A stretch of 64,000 bases of DNA. Origin: Atribacterota bacterium. Lineage in GTDB: Bacteria > Atribacterota > Phoenicimicrobiia > Phoenicimicrobiales > Stramentimicrobiaceae. The notes beneath the pieces were generated by a model. The model ran no database searches. It saw nothing but the letters and a program-made list of their open reading frames with translations, and was not told where the DNA came from. Location: positions 32,001-96,000 of the forward strand of contig JAXGNR010000004.1 in NCBI GenBank assembly GCA_040767965.1. Reading direction: 5' to 3'. The translations under genes and the position numbers were made by a program. Shown one piece after another: positions 19,506 through 30,927 of this stretch (position 1 is its first letter; every line of letters begins with the position of its first letter).

Positions 19506-19566
19506 AAACATCATCAACCATTAATAGAGCAAAAATGATAAAAATTTTTAAGGAATATTATATAAG

Positions 19567-20826
19567 ATGAACATTTATAATTTTGATGTAATAATAATAG
19601 GTGGGGGTCCTGCAGGAATGATAGCTGCAGGCAGGGCAGCAGAACAAGAAGGGGCAAAGGTTGCTATAATTGAAAAAAACAATATCTTAGGGCGAAAATT
19701 GTTAATTACCGGAAAAGGACGTTGTAATTTTACCCATTATGAATTTGACAGAGTTAAATTTGCAGAAAAATTTGGCAAAAAAGGGCGATTTTTATACAGT
19801 GCCCTGGAAAGATTTGGAATTCCAGAAACCTTAGATTTCTTCCAGTCAAGAGGATTGTCCTGGCAAGTAGAAAGAGGCAACAGAATATTTCCTGATCATG
19901 GAGATGCTAATTCAATTTTAAAGATACTTTTAGAATATTTAAAAAAAGGCCAGGTTAATGAGTTTGTAAATTCACAGGTAGTAGATGTTGAAAATATTAT
20001 TCATAAAGATAATTTTAAGGTTACTCTTTCTTCCGGGGATATTTTTCTGGCAAAAAAATTAATATTATGCACTGGAGGTAAATCATATCCCCAAACAGGC
20101 TCAACCGGTGATGGCTATAACTGGGCTAAAAAATTTGGCCATACAATTGTTCCTCTTGCTCCTGCCTTAAATCCAGTGAGGACAAGTGAAAAATGGGTCA
20201 CTGAATTGCAAGGTTTGACATTAAAGAATGTTTCTCTGCAATTATATAAAAATGGAAAAAAGCAGGAAGAAAGATTTGGTGAGATGTTATTTACTCATTT
20301 TGGAATAAGCGGACCAATTGTAATGGATATGAGTAAATATATTGATATACATTTAAAGAAAGGCAATGTAAAATTATGGCTAGACCTGAAGCCTGCTCTG
20401 GATTTCAAAAAATTAGACAAAAGAATTTTACGGGATTTTCAGGAGTTTAAAGGAAGAATTTTGAAAAACTGTTTAAAAAAATTATTACCTAATTCTTTAA
20501 TTGCGGTAATTTGCCATTTAGCCGGCATAGAAGAAGACCGGAAAATAGACTATATTTCAAAAGCAGAAAGAAATAATTTAGTACATACTATCAAAGAATT
20601 AGAGTTGACTCCCACAGAATTGTTAGGCTATAAATGGGCTATGATTACCAGCGGAGGATTAGACTTAAGGGAAATTAACCCTGATACAATGGAATCTAAA
20701 AAAATCAAAAATTTATACTTTGCAGGAGAAATCCTTGATTTAGATGGACCTTCAGGAGGATATAATCTGCAAGAATGCTGGAGTACTGGTTTTCTAGCTG
20801 GAGAAAATTCAGTCAAAGGTGATTAA
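19567..20826 (+). CDS. HI0933/YhiN(BaiN)-family flavoprotein
   Basis: IIGGGPAG, KLLITGKGRCN, GGKSYPQTGSTGDG, LFTHFGISGP and GGYNLQ. Confidence 0.92.
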   Translation: MNIYNFDVIIIGGGPAGMIAAGRAAEQEGAKVAIIEKNNILGRKLLITGKGRCNFTHYEFDRVKFAEKFGKKGRFLYSALERFGIPETLDFFQSRGLSWQVERGNRIFPDHGDANSILKILLEYLKKGQVNEFVNSQVVDVENIIHKDNFKVTLSSGDIFLAKKLILCTGGKSYPQTGSTGDGYNWAKKFGHTIVPLAPALNPVRTSEKWVTELQGLTLKNVSLQLYKNGKKQEERFGEMLFTHFGISGPIVMDMSKYIDIHLKKGNVKLWLDLKPALDFKKLDKRILRDFQEFKGRILKNCLKKLLPNSLIAVICHLAGIEEDRKIDYISKAERNNLVHTIKELELTPTELLGYKWAMITSGGLDLREINPDTMESKKIKNLYFAGEILDLDGPSGGYNLQECWSTGFLAGENSVKGD

Positions 20827-20827
20827 A

Positions 20828-22033
20828 ATGTTTTTCAGAAAAAAATCTATTTTATTAAAATCTATTTTATTTTTAATTTATTTTTTATTGATTACCAATA
20901 CTGGCCTTTGTGAGAACAATATTCTCAATGAAATTGCCAATTTTAATGGGTTTTCCGGTATCTGCATCAAGGACCTGGAATCTCAGGATTTGCTTTTTTC
21001 TTATAATCAGGATAATCTTTTTACTCCAGCTTCGCTAGTAAAGATTTTTACTCTCCTGGGTGCTTTAGAAAAGATGGGGCCTGATTACCTTTACAAGACT
21101 ATTATTTATTTCTCCAGTACAATTCCCGGGGAGGTTGATGGTGATCTTTATATAAAAGGATTTGGGGATCCAACTCAAGATCCTGAAATAATAAGACAGA
21201 TTGTCCTCAATTTAATATATAAATATAAACTTACAGGTATAAGTGGTGACATTGTTCTTGATGATTCTTCTTTTTTTAAAGAAGACTATTTGGGGAAAGG
21301 CTGGATGTGGGATGATCAAAACCCAATTATTGGAGCATTCACAATCAAGGGATATCACAGTAGAGAAAAACATGTTTCTTATTACCAGGAAATGACCAGG
21401 GAATGGGGGCAACTGTTTTCTATTGAATTAATAAAACAAAAGATTGATTTTAATGGTAGTATAAGATTAGGGGAAATACCCCCAGATTTAACAGTGAAAG
21501 ATATTTATTATTCTGATGAGCTGACAGAAATATTATCTCATATGATGAAGATGAGTGATAATCAAAGTGCTGAAATAATTTTTCGTACTCTTCCTTTTAT
21601 AAGTGATTTAAAAGAGGTTTCAACTATAGATTTTTCAATTATAGCTTTATCTGATATCCTAGAAAAGAAATTAAGCTTGACATGGGGAGAAGATTATATT
21701 TTGATGGATGGCTGTGGCTTATCTGAGTATAACCTGCTTACTCCAGAACAGGTAGTTATGGCTATTGATTATCTTTACCGGCAATATGGCTCTGAAATGT
21801 TGAAATATTTTGCAAATACTGAAGAGAGAGGAACTTTAAAGGAAAGATTCTCTTTCCCTTTATGGGGAAAGACAGGCAGTTTACCATCTGCTTCAGGATT
21901 AGCAGGGATATTGAATACAAAAAATAATAGATGTATTGCTTTTTGCATTCTGACAAACAGCTTTTTAGGAGAACAGAATAATCCAAAAAAATTCGAAGAT
22001 ATGATGGTAAACTATATTTATGAAAACTATTAA
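20828..22033 (+). CDS. dacB: D-Ala-D-Ala carboxypeptidase/endopeptidase (PBP4, peptidase S13)
   Basis: PASLVK (SxxK), SDN, DGCGLS and KTG. Signal peptide. Confidence 0.85.
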   Translation: MFFRKKSILLKSILFLIYFLLITNTGLCENNILNEIANFNGFSGICIKDLESQDLLFSYNQDNLFTPASLVKIFTLLGALEKMGPDYLYKTIIYFSSTIPGEVDGDLYIKGFGDPTQDPEIIRQIVLNLIYKYKLTGISGDIVLDDSSFFKEDYLGKGWMWDDQNPIIGAFTIKGYHSREKHVSYYQEMTREWGQLFSIELIKQKIDFNGSIRLGEIPPDLTVKDIYYSDELTEILSHMMKMSDNQSAEIIFRTLPFISDLKEVSTIDFSIIALSDILEKKLSLTWGEDYILMDGCGLSEYNLLTPEQVVMAIDYLYRQYGSEMLKYFANTEERGTLKERFSFPLWGKTGSLPSASGLAGILNTKNNRCIAFCILTNSFLGEQNNPKKFEDMMVNYIYENY

Positions 22034-22173
22034 AAATAATAAATTGATTGTTTTTTCTTATTTGTATGCTGTTAAATAATTAACTTATTTTTTAAGTATC
22101 AGTAAAAATAAATTTATCTTTTCATAGTATAAAACGCAATCAATTTAAAATGATCTATAGGAGGAAAATAATA

Positions 22174-22781
22174 ATGGTAGAAAAAAATAAGCATTTAAAT
22201 TATCGCAATCTTTTTTATATTGCATTTGTACTTCTATATTTAATTCCTGTAGTTATTATTTTTTATCATGGTTACAGAGATTATTTCCAATTATTCCGGC
22301 GTTTGGCTGGATTAACAGGACTTTCTTCCTTATTTATAGCAATTATTTTAAGCTCATTTGTAAAGCAAAGTAAGGCGATATTTGGAGTAGTATATTTGAA
22401 AATTCATCATTTTTTTTCCATTCTGGGATTGGTGCTGATTAGTCTGCATCCCTTAATTATGATGGTAGATTTTGGAACAACCAGAATATTAATACCAAAT
22501 TTCAGTTCCTGGATGCCTTTATTACAAACGGTGGTCGTTTTGCCATTTATATTATCTATATTGCTGCTCTTGCAGCTGTTTTGAAGAAAAAAATTATAAA
22601 ATACTGGAAAAGCATACATACTTTATTATACCCAGCTTTTTTGCTGAGTGCCATCCATGGTATATACCAGGGTAGCGATTTAAGAAACCCAATTTTATAT
22701 TATTTGTTATTAACCATGATTATCCTGGTAGTTATTAATTTCCTTTTTAAGAGAAATTTGCTTAAGAATAAGATTCAATAA
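22174..22781 (+). pseudogene. Ferric reductase-like (MsrQ-type) heme-binding membrane protein, split by a 1-nt frameshift
   Basis: Adding one G at about 22511 joins the two ORFs into ...SSWDAFITNGGRFAIYIIYIAALAAVLKKKIIKYWKSIH..., with four spaced His (KIHH, SLHP, SIHT, AIHG). Possibly a sequencing error. Confidence 0.7.
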
Positions 22782-22808
22782 AATTGATGTTGGTATTCAG
22801 GAGTAATA

Positions 22809-23486
22809 ATGCTATTTATAAACCCATTATATCTTTTACTTATCATTCCTGCTTTATTAGGCTGGTTTGCTCAATGGCGGGTACAATTCATTTACTATCA
22901 ATATTTAAAACAACCTAATAAAAATTATATTGACGGTAGTGAGGTTATTAAAATATTTTTAACACACTATCAGTTAAACCTGCCAATAGTAGTTAATAAG
23001 AAAAAACTTGTTAATTATTATAATCCTCAAAATAAAACATTACATTTTTCAAACGAAATCCTGGAAAGTGCTTCCATTACTTCCATGGGGATTGTAGCAC
23101 ATGAAATAGCTCATGTAATACAGGATAAAGAAGGATGTAAATTTATGGTTTTGAGAAATAATCTGGCTAAAAATCTGGCAATTTTGGGACAATTTACCCC
23201 AATATTGTTTTTTTGGGGTATTATTTTCCGTCACCTTATTTTTGTTTATGCTGCTGTGCTATTATTGTTTGGATTAACAGTTTTTGCAATATTGTCTCTA
23301 CCTATAGAGATAAATGCCAGCAAAAGAGGGTTAAACGCCTTAAATGAACTGAATATTGCTGATGAACATGATATTAAAGGAGTTTCACTTGTATTAAGGC
23401 ATGCCGCCTTTACTTATTTTGCTGGAGCATTACAAAAAATAGGCACTTTTTTATTTATTGCAACTATGTTGCTGATGTTTCGTTAA
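22809..23486 (+). CDS. YugP-like neutral zinc metallopeptidase (membrane)
   Basis: YYNP, AHEIAH (HExxH), LPIEINASKRG and AAFTY. Confidence 0.85.
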   Translation: MLFINPLYLLLIIPALLGWFAQWRVQFIYYQYLKQPNKNYIDGSEVIKIFLTHYQLNLPIVVNKKKLVNYYNPQNKTLHFSNEILESASITSMGIVAHEIAHVIQDKEGCKFMVLRNNLAKNLAILGQFTPILFFWGIIFRHLIFVYAAVLLLFGLTVFAILSLPIEINASKRGLNALNELNIADEHDIKGVSLVLRHAAFTYFAGALQKIGTFLFIATMLLMFR

Positions 23487-23638
23487 TATTACAAATTAAA
23501 GAATATTAATCGGTTTTGTAATTCAATTTTAGCCGATAATATAGTAAAATAGACTATAAAGAAATTATCTTATTATTAAATCTAATTGTTAAATTATTAA
23601 ACAATCAATTCCAGCATTCCAAAATAAAGAGGAGACAA

Positions 23639-25978
23639 ATGATTAAAGTTATAAAAAGAAATAATACAATTCAATATTTTGACCAGAAAAAAATTATCAA
23701 TGCCATTACTCAGGCTATGCGAGAAACTATCAAAGGAGTAGACCAAGATCTTTGTGCCTCTATTGCCCAAAAAATTGAAGATGATTTAAAAAATTCTCAA
23801 AAAAGCGTTACTGTTGCAGAGATTCAAGAACAGGTAGAAAATGAATTGATGAACAGTGAGAGAAAAGATGTTGCCAAAACTTATATTTTGTATCGGGAAC
23901 AAAGAGACAAGTTGAGAGATATAAATCCTGGTAATGATAAATTATTAACTGATGAATTTATCAGTAAATATAAGCATTTATCCAATCCTTTTCCAACCCA
24001 GTTAGGGCACTTTGTCTATTACCGAACATATTCCAGATGGCTTTCAATGGAAAAAAGGAGAGAATATTGGTGGGAAACTGCAAGAAGGGCAGTTGAATTT
24101 AATTGCAATTTAGTTAAGACAAGCCAGAAGGAAGCAGAGATTTTATATGACAATGTATTCCATTTACGGCAGTTTTTAGCGGGTAGAACATTATGGACTG
24201 GAGGGACTGAAGTAAGTTCAAAATACCCCATGGCTAATTTTAATTGCAGCTTTACTGTTCTGGATAAATTCAGTATTTTTAAAGAACTTTTTTATTTACT
24301 GATGATAGGTTCAGGAGTTGGTGTCAGAGTTTTAAAATCAGATGTAGAAAAATTACCAAAAATAAGAACAAACATTAAAATAATCCACGAAGCATATTCA
24401 CCTGTGGTCAAAGAAAAGAGAGAAGATTTGACCAGTGTTTATTTTCAGAAAGAAACAGCCCATATAATTGTAGGGGACAGCAAAGAGGGCTGGGTTCAAT
24501 CTCTGGATTTTTATATGAGCATTTTATCAAAAAAAGAATATCGGGACATTAATACCATTATTTTAAATTATAACAACGTAAGGCCTAAGGGAGAAAAATT
24601 AAAAACGTTTGGAGGAACTGCTTCAGGATATGAAAGCCTGGAAAGAATGTTTTCTAAGATAGATAAAGTAATCAAATATAATTGTTTTGGCAAACTAAAA
24701 AAATTAAGACCAGTTGATTGTATGGATATCGCCAATATTATTGGTCAGAATGTAGTGGTAGGGGGAGTTAGAAGAACCAGCGAGGTTATTTTGTTTGATA
24801 GAGACGATCAGGATATTTTAAATGCCAAGAATAATTTGTATGAGCAAATTGATGGTAAATGGGTAAAAAATGAAGAAATTGATTTCAGGGAAATGAGCAA
24901 TAACAGTATTTTTTACACTTCAAAGCCTTCCAGGGAACAGTTAGCCTGGCATGTTAAACAAATGCGTTATAGTGGAGAGCCTGGTTTTATGAATGCTGAA
25001 GCTGCAGCAAAAAGAAGACCTAATTTAGAAGGTGCAAATCCCTGCATGGAAGTATTGCTTGATAGAGAACAAATGTGTAATTTGACTACAGTAAATGTGA
25101 TGGGTTTTGTCAAAGAAGAAAAGCTGGACGAAGAACAACTACTGCAAGCGCAGAGACTATCTGTCAGAGCAGGATTCAGAATGACTTTTTTAGATTTGGA
25201 AATGGATCAGTGGGATGTTAAACAAAAAAGAGATAGATTAATTGGTTGTAGCTTGACTGGCTGGCAAGATATGGTTAATGCTACAAATATGTCCAAAGAG
25301 GAACAGTCAGCTTTAAGAATAAAGCTCAAGGAGACGGCACATCAGGAAGCTGATTTATATGCCAGAAAATTAGGGGTTGAACCGCCGCTTTTGATTACAA
25401 CCGTGAAACCTGAAGGAACCCTTTCCCAATTACCAACTGTTTCCAGCGGTGTTCACTATTCTCATGCGCCTTATTTTATCAGAAGAGTCAGAATAAATGC
25501 TTCTGATCCGTTGTTGAAGGTATGTGAAGAGTTAGGTTATGATATAAAACCAGAAAATGGGCAAACTGAAGAAAGCTGTAGAACAAAAGTACTTTCTTTC
25601 CCATGCAGTGCCCCTCATGGTAAGACAAAAAAAGATGTTTCTGCGATAGAACAGTTGGAAACATATAGAGCTTTTCAAAAAGAATATACTGATCATAATA
25701 CATCAATTACAGTTCATGTCAGGAATGATGAGTGGGTAGAAGTGGAAGAATGGTTATGGAATAATTGGGATGATATTGTTGCAGTGAGTTTTGTTTCCCT
25801 GGACGACAGTTTTTATGCTCAAATGCCTTATGAGGAAATCAGCAAAGAAGAATATGAAAGAAGAGAAAAAGAAATGATCCATTTTATTCCATCACTTATA
25901 CCAAAATATGAAAAAGATGAAATGTTAATTGACCCGGGAGATGAATCTTGTGAAAGTGGCGTGTGCCCGATAAGATAA
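23639..25978 (+). CDS. nrdJ: Adenosylcobalamin-dependent class II ribonucleotide reductase (RTPR type) with N-terminal ATP cone
   Basis: ATP cone VIKRN...EIQEQVE...AKTYILYR, then YRTYSR, NCSF, GGVRR, NPCME, CNL, TTVKPEGT, and the C-terminal redox pair CESGVC. Confidence 0.93.
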   Translation: MIKVIKRNNTIQYFDQKKIINAITQAMRETIKGVDQDLCASIAQKIEDDLKNSQKSVTVAEIQEQVENELMNSERKDVAKTYILYREQRDKLRDINPGNDKLLTDEFISKYKHLSNPFPTQLGHFVYYRTYSRWLSMEKRREYWWETARRAVEFNCNLVKTSQKEAEILYDNVFHLRQFLAGRTLWTGGTEVSSKYPMANFNCSFTVLDKFSIFKELFYLLMIGSGVGVRVLKSDVEKLPKIRTNIKIIHEAYSPVVKEKREDLTSVYFQKETAHIIVGDSKEGWVQSLDFYMSILSKKEYRDINTIILNYNNVRPKGEKLKTFGGTASGYESLERMFSKIDKVIKYNCFGKLKKLRPVDCMDIANIIGQNVVVGGVRRTSEVILFDRDDQDILNAKNNLYEQIDGKWVKNEEIDFREMSNNSIFYTSKPSREQLAWHVKQMRYSGEPGFMNAEAAAKRRPNLEGANPCMEVLLDREQMCNLTTVNVMGFVKEEKLDEEQLLQAQRLSVRAGFRMTFLDLEMDQWDVKQKRDRLIGCSLTGWQDMVNATNMSKEEQSALRIKLKETAHQEADLYARKLGVEPPLLITTVKPEGTLSQLPTVSSGVHYSHAPYFIRRVRINASDPLLKVCEELGYDIKPENGQTEESCRTKVLSFPCSAPHGKTKKDVSAIEQLETYRAFQKEYTDHNTSITVHVRNDEWVEVEEWLWNNWDDIVAVSFVSLDDSFYAQMPYEEISKEEYERREKEMIHFIPSLIPKYEKDEMLIDPGDESCESGVCPIR

Positions 25979-26064
25979 AAAATTATTAGTTATTAGGTTA
26001 AAAAGATATTGGAATAAAAGAGTAAGAATCGTAAAAATTATATTTAAAAAATAAATAAATGTAA

Positions 26065-26112
26065 ATAGAAAAAAGATAGGAGCTCTAAAATAGGCTCCTG
26101 TCTTTTTTCTAT
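26065..26112. terminator. Bidirectional intrinsic terminator
   Basis: ATAGAAAAAAGATAGGAGC...GCTCCTGTCTTTTTTCTAT between convergent nrdJ and the hemolysin III gene. Confidence 0.8.
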
Positions 26113-26289
26113 AAGAGAGTAGAATGTAATTTGTTTTAATCATAAATTACAATTTATTGTAGGAATAAATTAATTTACCCACCTAAGAGAATGTGCCTGT
26201 TTTCTATTGGCAGAAGAATCAGTTGGAACTTGTTAAAACAGAAATATTTTTTATTAAAAACTTTATTTGTAGCAAATACAATAAGAAAT

Positions 26290-26979
26290 TTAAGCGAGAT
26301 AAAAGAAGATAGCCAAAAAATGAGTAATACTTCCTGCCATCACGAAAAGATGCCAAATAGTATGGTGGTAACGAATTTTTGGAGAGAAAAAAAAGAATAC
26401 TCCTAACAGGTAAAAAAGCCCGCCTGTAACGATCCATAAAAGCATTTTTACAGGAACAGCATTCAAAAGAGGCTTAGTAGCAGTGATTATTAATAAGCCC
26501 ATAAAAATGTATAGTATAACTGATATTACCTGTGTTTTATTGAAAAAGAAATATTTCATCAGTATTCCGATTACTGCTATCCCCCATACTAATCCAAACA
26601 GTGTCCATCCCCATGTGCCACGCAATGCTATAAGGGTAATTGGGGTATATGAACCTGCAATTAGAAGATAGATAGCAGAATGGTCGAACATTTGCAGGGT
26701 CTTTTTAGTTTTAGAATCAATTATCCAGTGATAAGCAGTAGAAGCCAGATAGAGGATAACAAGAGTTGAACCATAAATACCAAAACTTACAATTTGCCAC
26801 AAATTCCCTTTTGTGATAGCAATAAAAAGTAGATAAGCTAAACCGGCAATGCTTAGTACTGTACCGATACCATGAGTAAAGGCATTGGCCTTTTCCTGAT
26901 AAGCCATACCGTTTGTTGCTATTTCAGCATTTTCTAAAGCGATTTCTACTACACTATCAAAATAATTTTTTAATTTCAT
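26290..26979 (-). CDS. Hemolysin III/PAQR-family membrane protein (TrhA/YqfA-like)
   Basis: EKANAFTHG, STAYH, DHSAIYLLIAGSYTP and HTIWHLFV. Confidence 0.92.
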   Translation of the reverse strand: MKLKNYFDSVVEIALENAEIATNGMAYQEKANAFTHGIGTVLSIAGLAYLLFIAITKGNLWQIVSFGIYGSTLVILYLASTAYHWIIDSKTKKTLQMFDHSAIYLLIAGSYTPITLIALRGTWGWTLFGLVWGIAVIGILMKYFFFNKTQVISVILYIFMGLLIITATKPLLNAVPVKMLLWIVTGGLFYLLGVFFFFSPKIRYHHTIWHLFVMAGSITHFLAIFFYLA

Positions 26980-27180
26980 AATTCCTGGTTAGTTATGTTT
27001 TTCAATTTTTCTTTTAAGCTATTGCATTATAGCATAAGAATATATTTATCGTAAACAATAATAAGTGAATATCTTGTTATTTGAACTTGAAAAATGATCT
27101 CTTCTGAATTAAATTATTAAATATTTTAGAATTCATTTAAAATTTCTTTTAATGAAGATTTATTTATAAAATACTTATAT

Positions 27181-28998
27181 TCAGGCTAAATTTTTACGGT
27201 ATTGGTAACGTGAATTGTGATCAAGAATTCTTTTACGCAAACGGATATTTTCCGGAGTTATTTCTGCTAATTCATCTTCTTGAATAAACTCCAGAGCTCT
27301 TTCAAGAGACAAAATTCTAGGCTTTTCCAGTCTTAAAGCATCGTCAGAACCACTGGCCCTCATATTGGTAACATGCTTTTTCTTATTGACATTAACTTCA
27401 AGATCATTTTCTCTTTTATTTTCTCCAACGATCATACCCTGATAAACTCTGGTTGCAGGTCCAACAAATAAACTGCCCCTACTTTGAGCGTTGTAAAGGC
27501 CATAAGTACTGGTAATACCGTCTTCAAAAGCAATAAGCACGCCTTTGGATCGGGATGGTATATATCCTTTGTATGGCTGATATTCTAAAAAGAGATGATT
27601 CATGATGCCCTGTCCTTTTGTTAAAGTTAATAATTCGTTTCGAAAACCAATTAATCCTCTGGCAGGTATTTGGAATACAAGGCGTAAATGATTAAAGGAA
27701 AATTCTTGCATACTAGTTAATTCTCCTTTTCTAACACCACACATATGCATAACTGTATTTAAATAATCTTTGGGTATATCACAAGTCATTAATTCTATTG
27801 GCTCGTATTTTTCCCCATTTTCAAAGTGAAAAATAACATCTGGTTTAGAAACCTGAAACTCATATCCTTCTCTGCGCATTTTTTCAATCAGGATAGACAG
27901 GTGCAATTCTCCTCTTCCAGAAACCCGAAAAGTATCCATAGTTTCTGTTTCTTCTACTTTCAAACTGACATTTGTTTCGATTTCTTTAAATAGTCTTTCC
28001 CGTAAGTGACGTGAGGTAACAAATTTTCCTTCCTGACCGGCAAAAGGGCTATCATTTACTTTAAATTCAATAGTAAGAGTTGGTTCGTCGATCTTGATTA
28101 CAGATAAGGCAATAGGGTTTTCTGAATCAGCAATTGTTTCACCTATTCCTGCTTCACTTATTCCAGCAACAGCAATAATTTCCCCAGAACAGGCTTGAGT
28201 AGTTTCTACCTTTTCCAGCCCTTCAAAAATATATAGTTTGCTGATTTTCCCATTGATAATCTTATTATTTCTTTTGATAAGGGCAATGTTTTCACCTTGT
28301 TTAATTTTTCCGCTTATTATAAGCCCAACAGCAATTTTGCCAACATAATCATCATAATCAAGATTGGTAATTAATACCTGCAAAGGTCCTTCATTATTGG
28401 TAACAGGTGAAGGTACATGTTCGATGATAGATGAAAACAATACTTCCATATTATTATTTAATGATTTTGGCGAATTCCCTGCCAAGCCTGCCTGTGCTGA
28501 AGTATATACTACCGGAAATTCTATCTGCTTGTCGCCTGCTCCTAATTCAATAAATAAATCATAAATCTCATTCAGGACTTCTTTAGGCCGAGCATTAGTA
28601 CGATCTATTTTATTTATTACTACAATTGGTATTAAATTTAATTCCATCGATTTTTGCAAGACAAATCGCGTTTGAGGCATTGGTCCTTCAACTGCGTCAA
28701 CGATTAACAAAATACCATTTACCATTCTTAGTATTCTTTCAACTTCTCCTCCGAAATCTGCATGCCCTGGGGTATCGATGATATTAATTTTAGTATTTTT
28801 CCAAAAAATTGAGGCATTTTTTGAAAAAATAGTTATCCCTCTTTCTTGCTCCATATCGTTAGAGTCCATTATTCTTTCTTTTAATTGCTGATTTTCCCTG
28901 AAGGTGCCACTTTGTTTTAACATAGCATCAACCAATGTAGTTTTTCCATGATCTACATGAGCAACTAAAGCAATATTTTTTATGTCTGTATATTTCAT
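27181..28998 (-). CDS. typA: Translational GTPase TypA/BipA
   Basis: AHVDHGKTTLVD, ERGITI, DTPGHADFGGEVER, GRGELHL, PARGLIGFR and TNMRASG. Confidence 0.97.
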   Translation of the reverse strand: MKYTDIKNIALVAHVDHGKTTLVDAMLKQSGTFRENQQLKERIMDSNDMEQERGITIFSKNASIFWKNTKINIIDTPGHADFGGEVERILRMVNGILLIVDAVEGPMPQTRFVLQKSMELNLIPIVVINKIDRTNARPKEVLNEIYDLFIELGAGDKQIEFPVVYTSAQAGLAGNSPKSLNNNMEVLFSSIIEHVPSPVTNNEGPLQVLITNLDYDDYVGKIAVGLIISGKIKQGENIALIKRNNKIINGKISKLYIFEGLEKVETTQACSGEIIAVAGISEAGIGETIADSENPIALSVIKIDEPTLTIEFKVNDSPFAGQEGKFVTSRHLRERLFKEIETNVSLKVEETETMDTFRVSGRGELHLSILIEKMRREGYEFQVSKPDVIFHFENGEKYEPIELMTCDIPKDYLNTVMHMCGVRKGELTSMQEFSFNHLRLVFQIPARGLIGFRNELLTLTKGQGIMNHLFLEYQPYKGYIPSRSKGVLIAFEDGITSTYGLYNAQSRGSLFVGPATRVYQGMIVGENKRENDLEVNVNKKKHVTNMRASGSDDALRLEKPRILSLERALEFIQEDELAEITPENIRLRKRILDHNSRYQYRKNLA

Positions 28999-29216
28999 TT
29001 TGACCTTATCTTATAATAATATATTTTAATTTTTGTTAAAAAACAGAATAAAATACTAACACAAAACAGGTAATTATGCAAAGAAATATTATATTCAGGT
29101 TTTTTACTTATTTATAACAAGCCGGTAATCCTTATTGTTCAGTTTTAAAAAAGGAATAATTATTGTATAATTATTATTAACAAAGTGTAAAATATGAATA
29201 AAATTTGGAGGAAAAA

Positions 29217-29657
29217 ATGAATAAGAATATTATGAGAGTAACAATCTGCTTTATTATATTTTTCAATATTTTTTTTCTGCTTATGCCCCAAGCCCAAGAA
29301 ATTATTCCTGAATCACAAATGGTCAAAAACCTTATCCTGTGTAAAGATATTGAAAACAATGAACCAGTGATGGAAACAGATTCTTTTAATACCTGGGATG
29401 AAAAAGCAGTTGCATGGATCCAGTTTAACCATGAAACGGATAGTCCTTTTGTGGTTTCCTGGGAATGGGTTGACCCTACCGGAAAGATTTATCATATTGG
29501 TCAACTGGAAATGGATGCGGGAATTTACCAAAACTATCGCAGCTGGTATTGGATTAGTATTAAAGAGCATTATGCTGCTAACATAGCTGGAAATTGGCAA
29601 GTAAGAATTTTTATCGGGGATGATTTTCTGGCAGCAAAAAACTTTACAATTTATTAA
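29217..29657 (+). CDS. Exported hypothetical protein (Ig-like fold likely)
   Basis: Signal peptide, WEWVDPTGKIY...GNWQVRIF beta pattern, and SD GGAGG before the ATG at 29217. Confidence 0.7.
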   Translation: MNKNIMRVTICFIIFFNIFFLLMPQAQEIIPESQMVKNLILCKDIENNEPVMETDSFNTWDEKAVAWIQFNHETDSPFVVSWEWVDPTGKIYHIGQLEMDAGIYQNYRSWYWISIKEHYAANIAGNWQVRIFIGDDFLAAKNFTIY

Positions 29658-29931
29658 TGTAAATAATAGCTATAATATCCCCTAAGCTCTTTCTTATTAG
29701 TTTTGAACATTGTTTTTCTTATTCTGATCTTTTTCTGAATTAAAAAGAAAAATAATTAATTTATTCCCGCAATTGAGGAAGAAGCAAATTGATAAATAGA
29801 AGCCATAAGTAATTTAGAATAAAGAGATTGTTTGTATTACAATATTTTATAAGTTCTATTTAACTAGTTTAATTATAAAATTATCTATAATTAAAAATAT
29901 TATGAATCTGCAAAGAAAGAGGTATTAAGGA

Positions 29932-30927
29932 ATGCCAGTTAGTTTAAAAAATCGTCATTTGCTCACCTTGAAGGATTTTTCTGCTGAAGAAATCAACTAT
30001 TTATTGGATTTGGCATTTAAGCTAAAAAAGGAAAAGGCTGATGGTACAGAACAGCAAAAATTGAAAGGTAAAAACATAGCCTTAATATTTGAAAAAACTT
30101 CTACCAGAACCCGATGCGCATTTGAAGTAGCTGCTTTTGATCAAGGAGCAAATATTACTTATTTGGGTCCTACAGGTACTCAGATGGGCAAAAAAGAATC
30201 AATGGAAGATACAGCAAAAGTTTTAGGTAGGTATTTTGACGGAATAGAATTCAGAGGTTTTAAGCAAGAGTCAGTTGAAATGCTGGCCAAATATTCCGGT
30301 TCAGTAGTATGGAATGGTCTTACTGACCTTTATCATCCAACACAAGCATTAGCAGATCTGATGACCATAAAAGAAAAAGTTGATAAACCGTTAAATGAGG
30401 CAGTACTAGTTTACATAGGTGATGGAAGAAATAATGTTGCTAACTCTTTGTTGATTGCCTGCTCTATTATGGGAATGGAATTTAGAATAGTTTCACCAAA
30501 ACCTTTATTCCCCAGTGAAGAATTAATAAAAGAAGCCCGGCAGGTAGCGGGAAAATCAGGGGCAGTTATTAAAATCACTGATAATCTTGAAAAAGGAGTG
30601 GAAAAAGCAGATGCCCTTTATACTGATGTATGGGTATCAATGGGAGAAGAGGACCAGCTAAAAAGAAGAATTGCACTATTGAAAGATTATCAGATTAACA
30701 TGGGAGTTATTCAGAACACAAAAAATCCTAATGTAATTTTCTTGCATTGTTTACCTGCTTTTCATGATACAAATACCTCTACAGGAAAAGAAGTTTTTGA
30801 AAAGTATGGTTTAGAATCCATGGAAGTTACTGATGAAGTTTTTCGCAGCAAATATTCTGTAGTATTTGATGAAGCTGAAAACAGATTACACACTATCAAA
30901 GCGATTATGGTAGCTACATTGACTTAA
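29932..30927 (+). CDS. argF: Ornithine carbamoyltransferase
   Basis: STRTR, HPTQ, DVWVSMG, HCLP and ENRLH. Anabolic versus catabolic (arcB) role cannot be resolved. Confidence 0.93.
   Translation: MPVSLKNRHLLTLKDFSAEEINYLLDLAFKLKKEKADGTEQQKLKGKNIALIFEKTSTRTRCAFEVAAFDQGANITYLGPTGTQMGKKESMEDTAKVLGRYFDGIEFRGFKQESVEMLAKYSGSVVWNGLTDLYHPTQALADLMTIKEKVDKPLNEAVLVYIGDGRNNVANSLLIACSIMGMEFRIVSPKPLFPSEELIKEARQVAGKSGAVIKITDNLEKGVEKADALYTDVWVSMGEEDQLKRRIALLKDYQINMGVIQNTKNPNVIFLHCLPAFHDTNTSTGKEVFEKYGLESMEVTDEVFRSKYSVVFDEAENRLHTIKAIMVATLT

Noticed and set aside
22505-22520. Programmed frameshift in the ferric reductase-like gene
   Set aside because: No slippery heptamer or stimulatory structure. A single missing G in a G run is typical of a sequencing error.
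23487-23638. NrdR boxes or a B12 riboswitch upstream of nrdJ
   Set aside because: No convincing match to ACACWATATWTWGTG and no B12 box.
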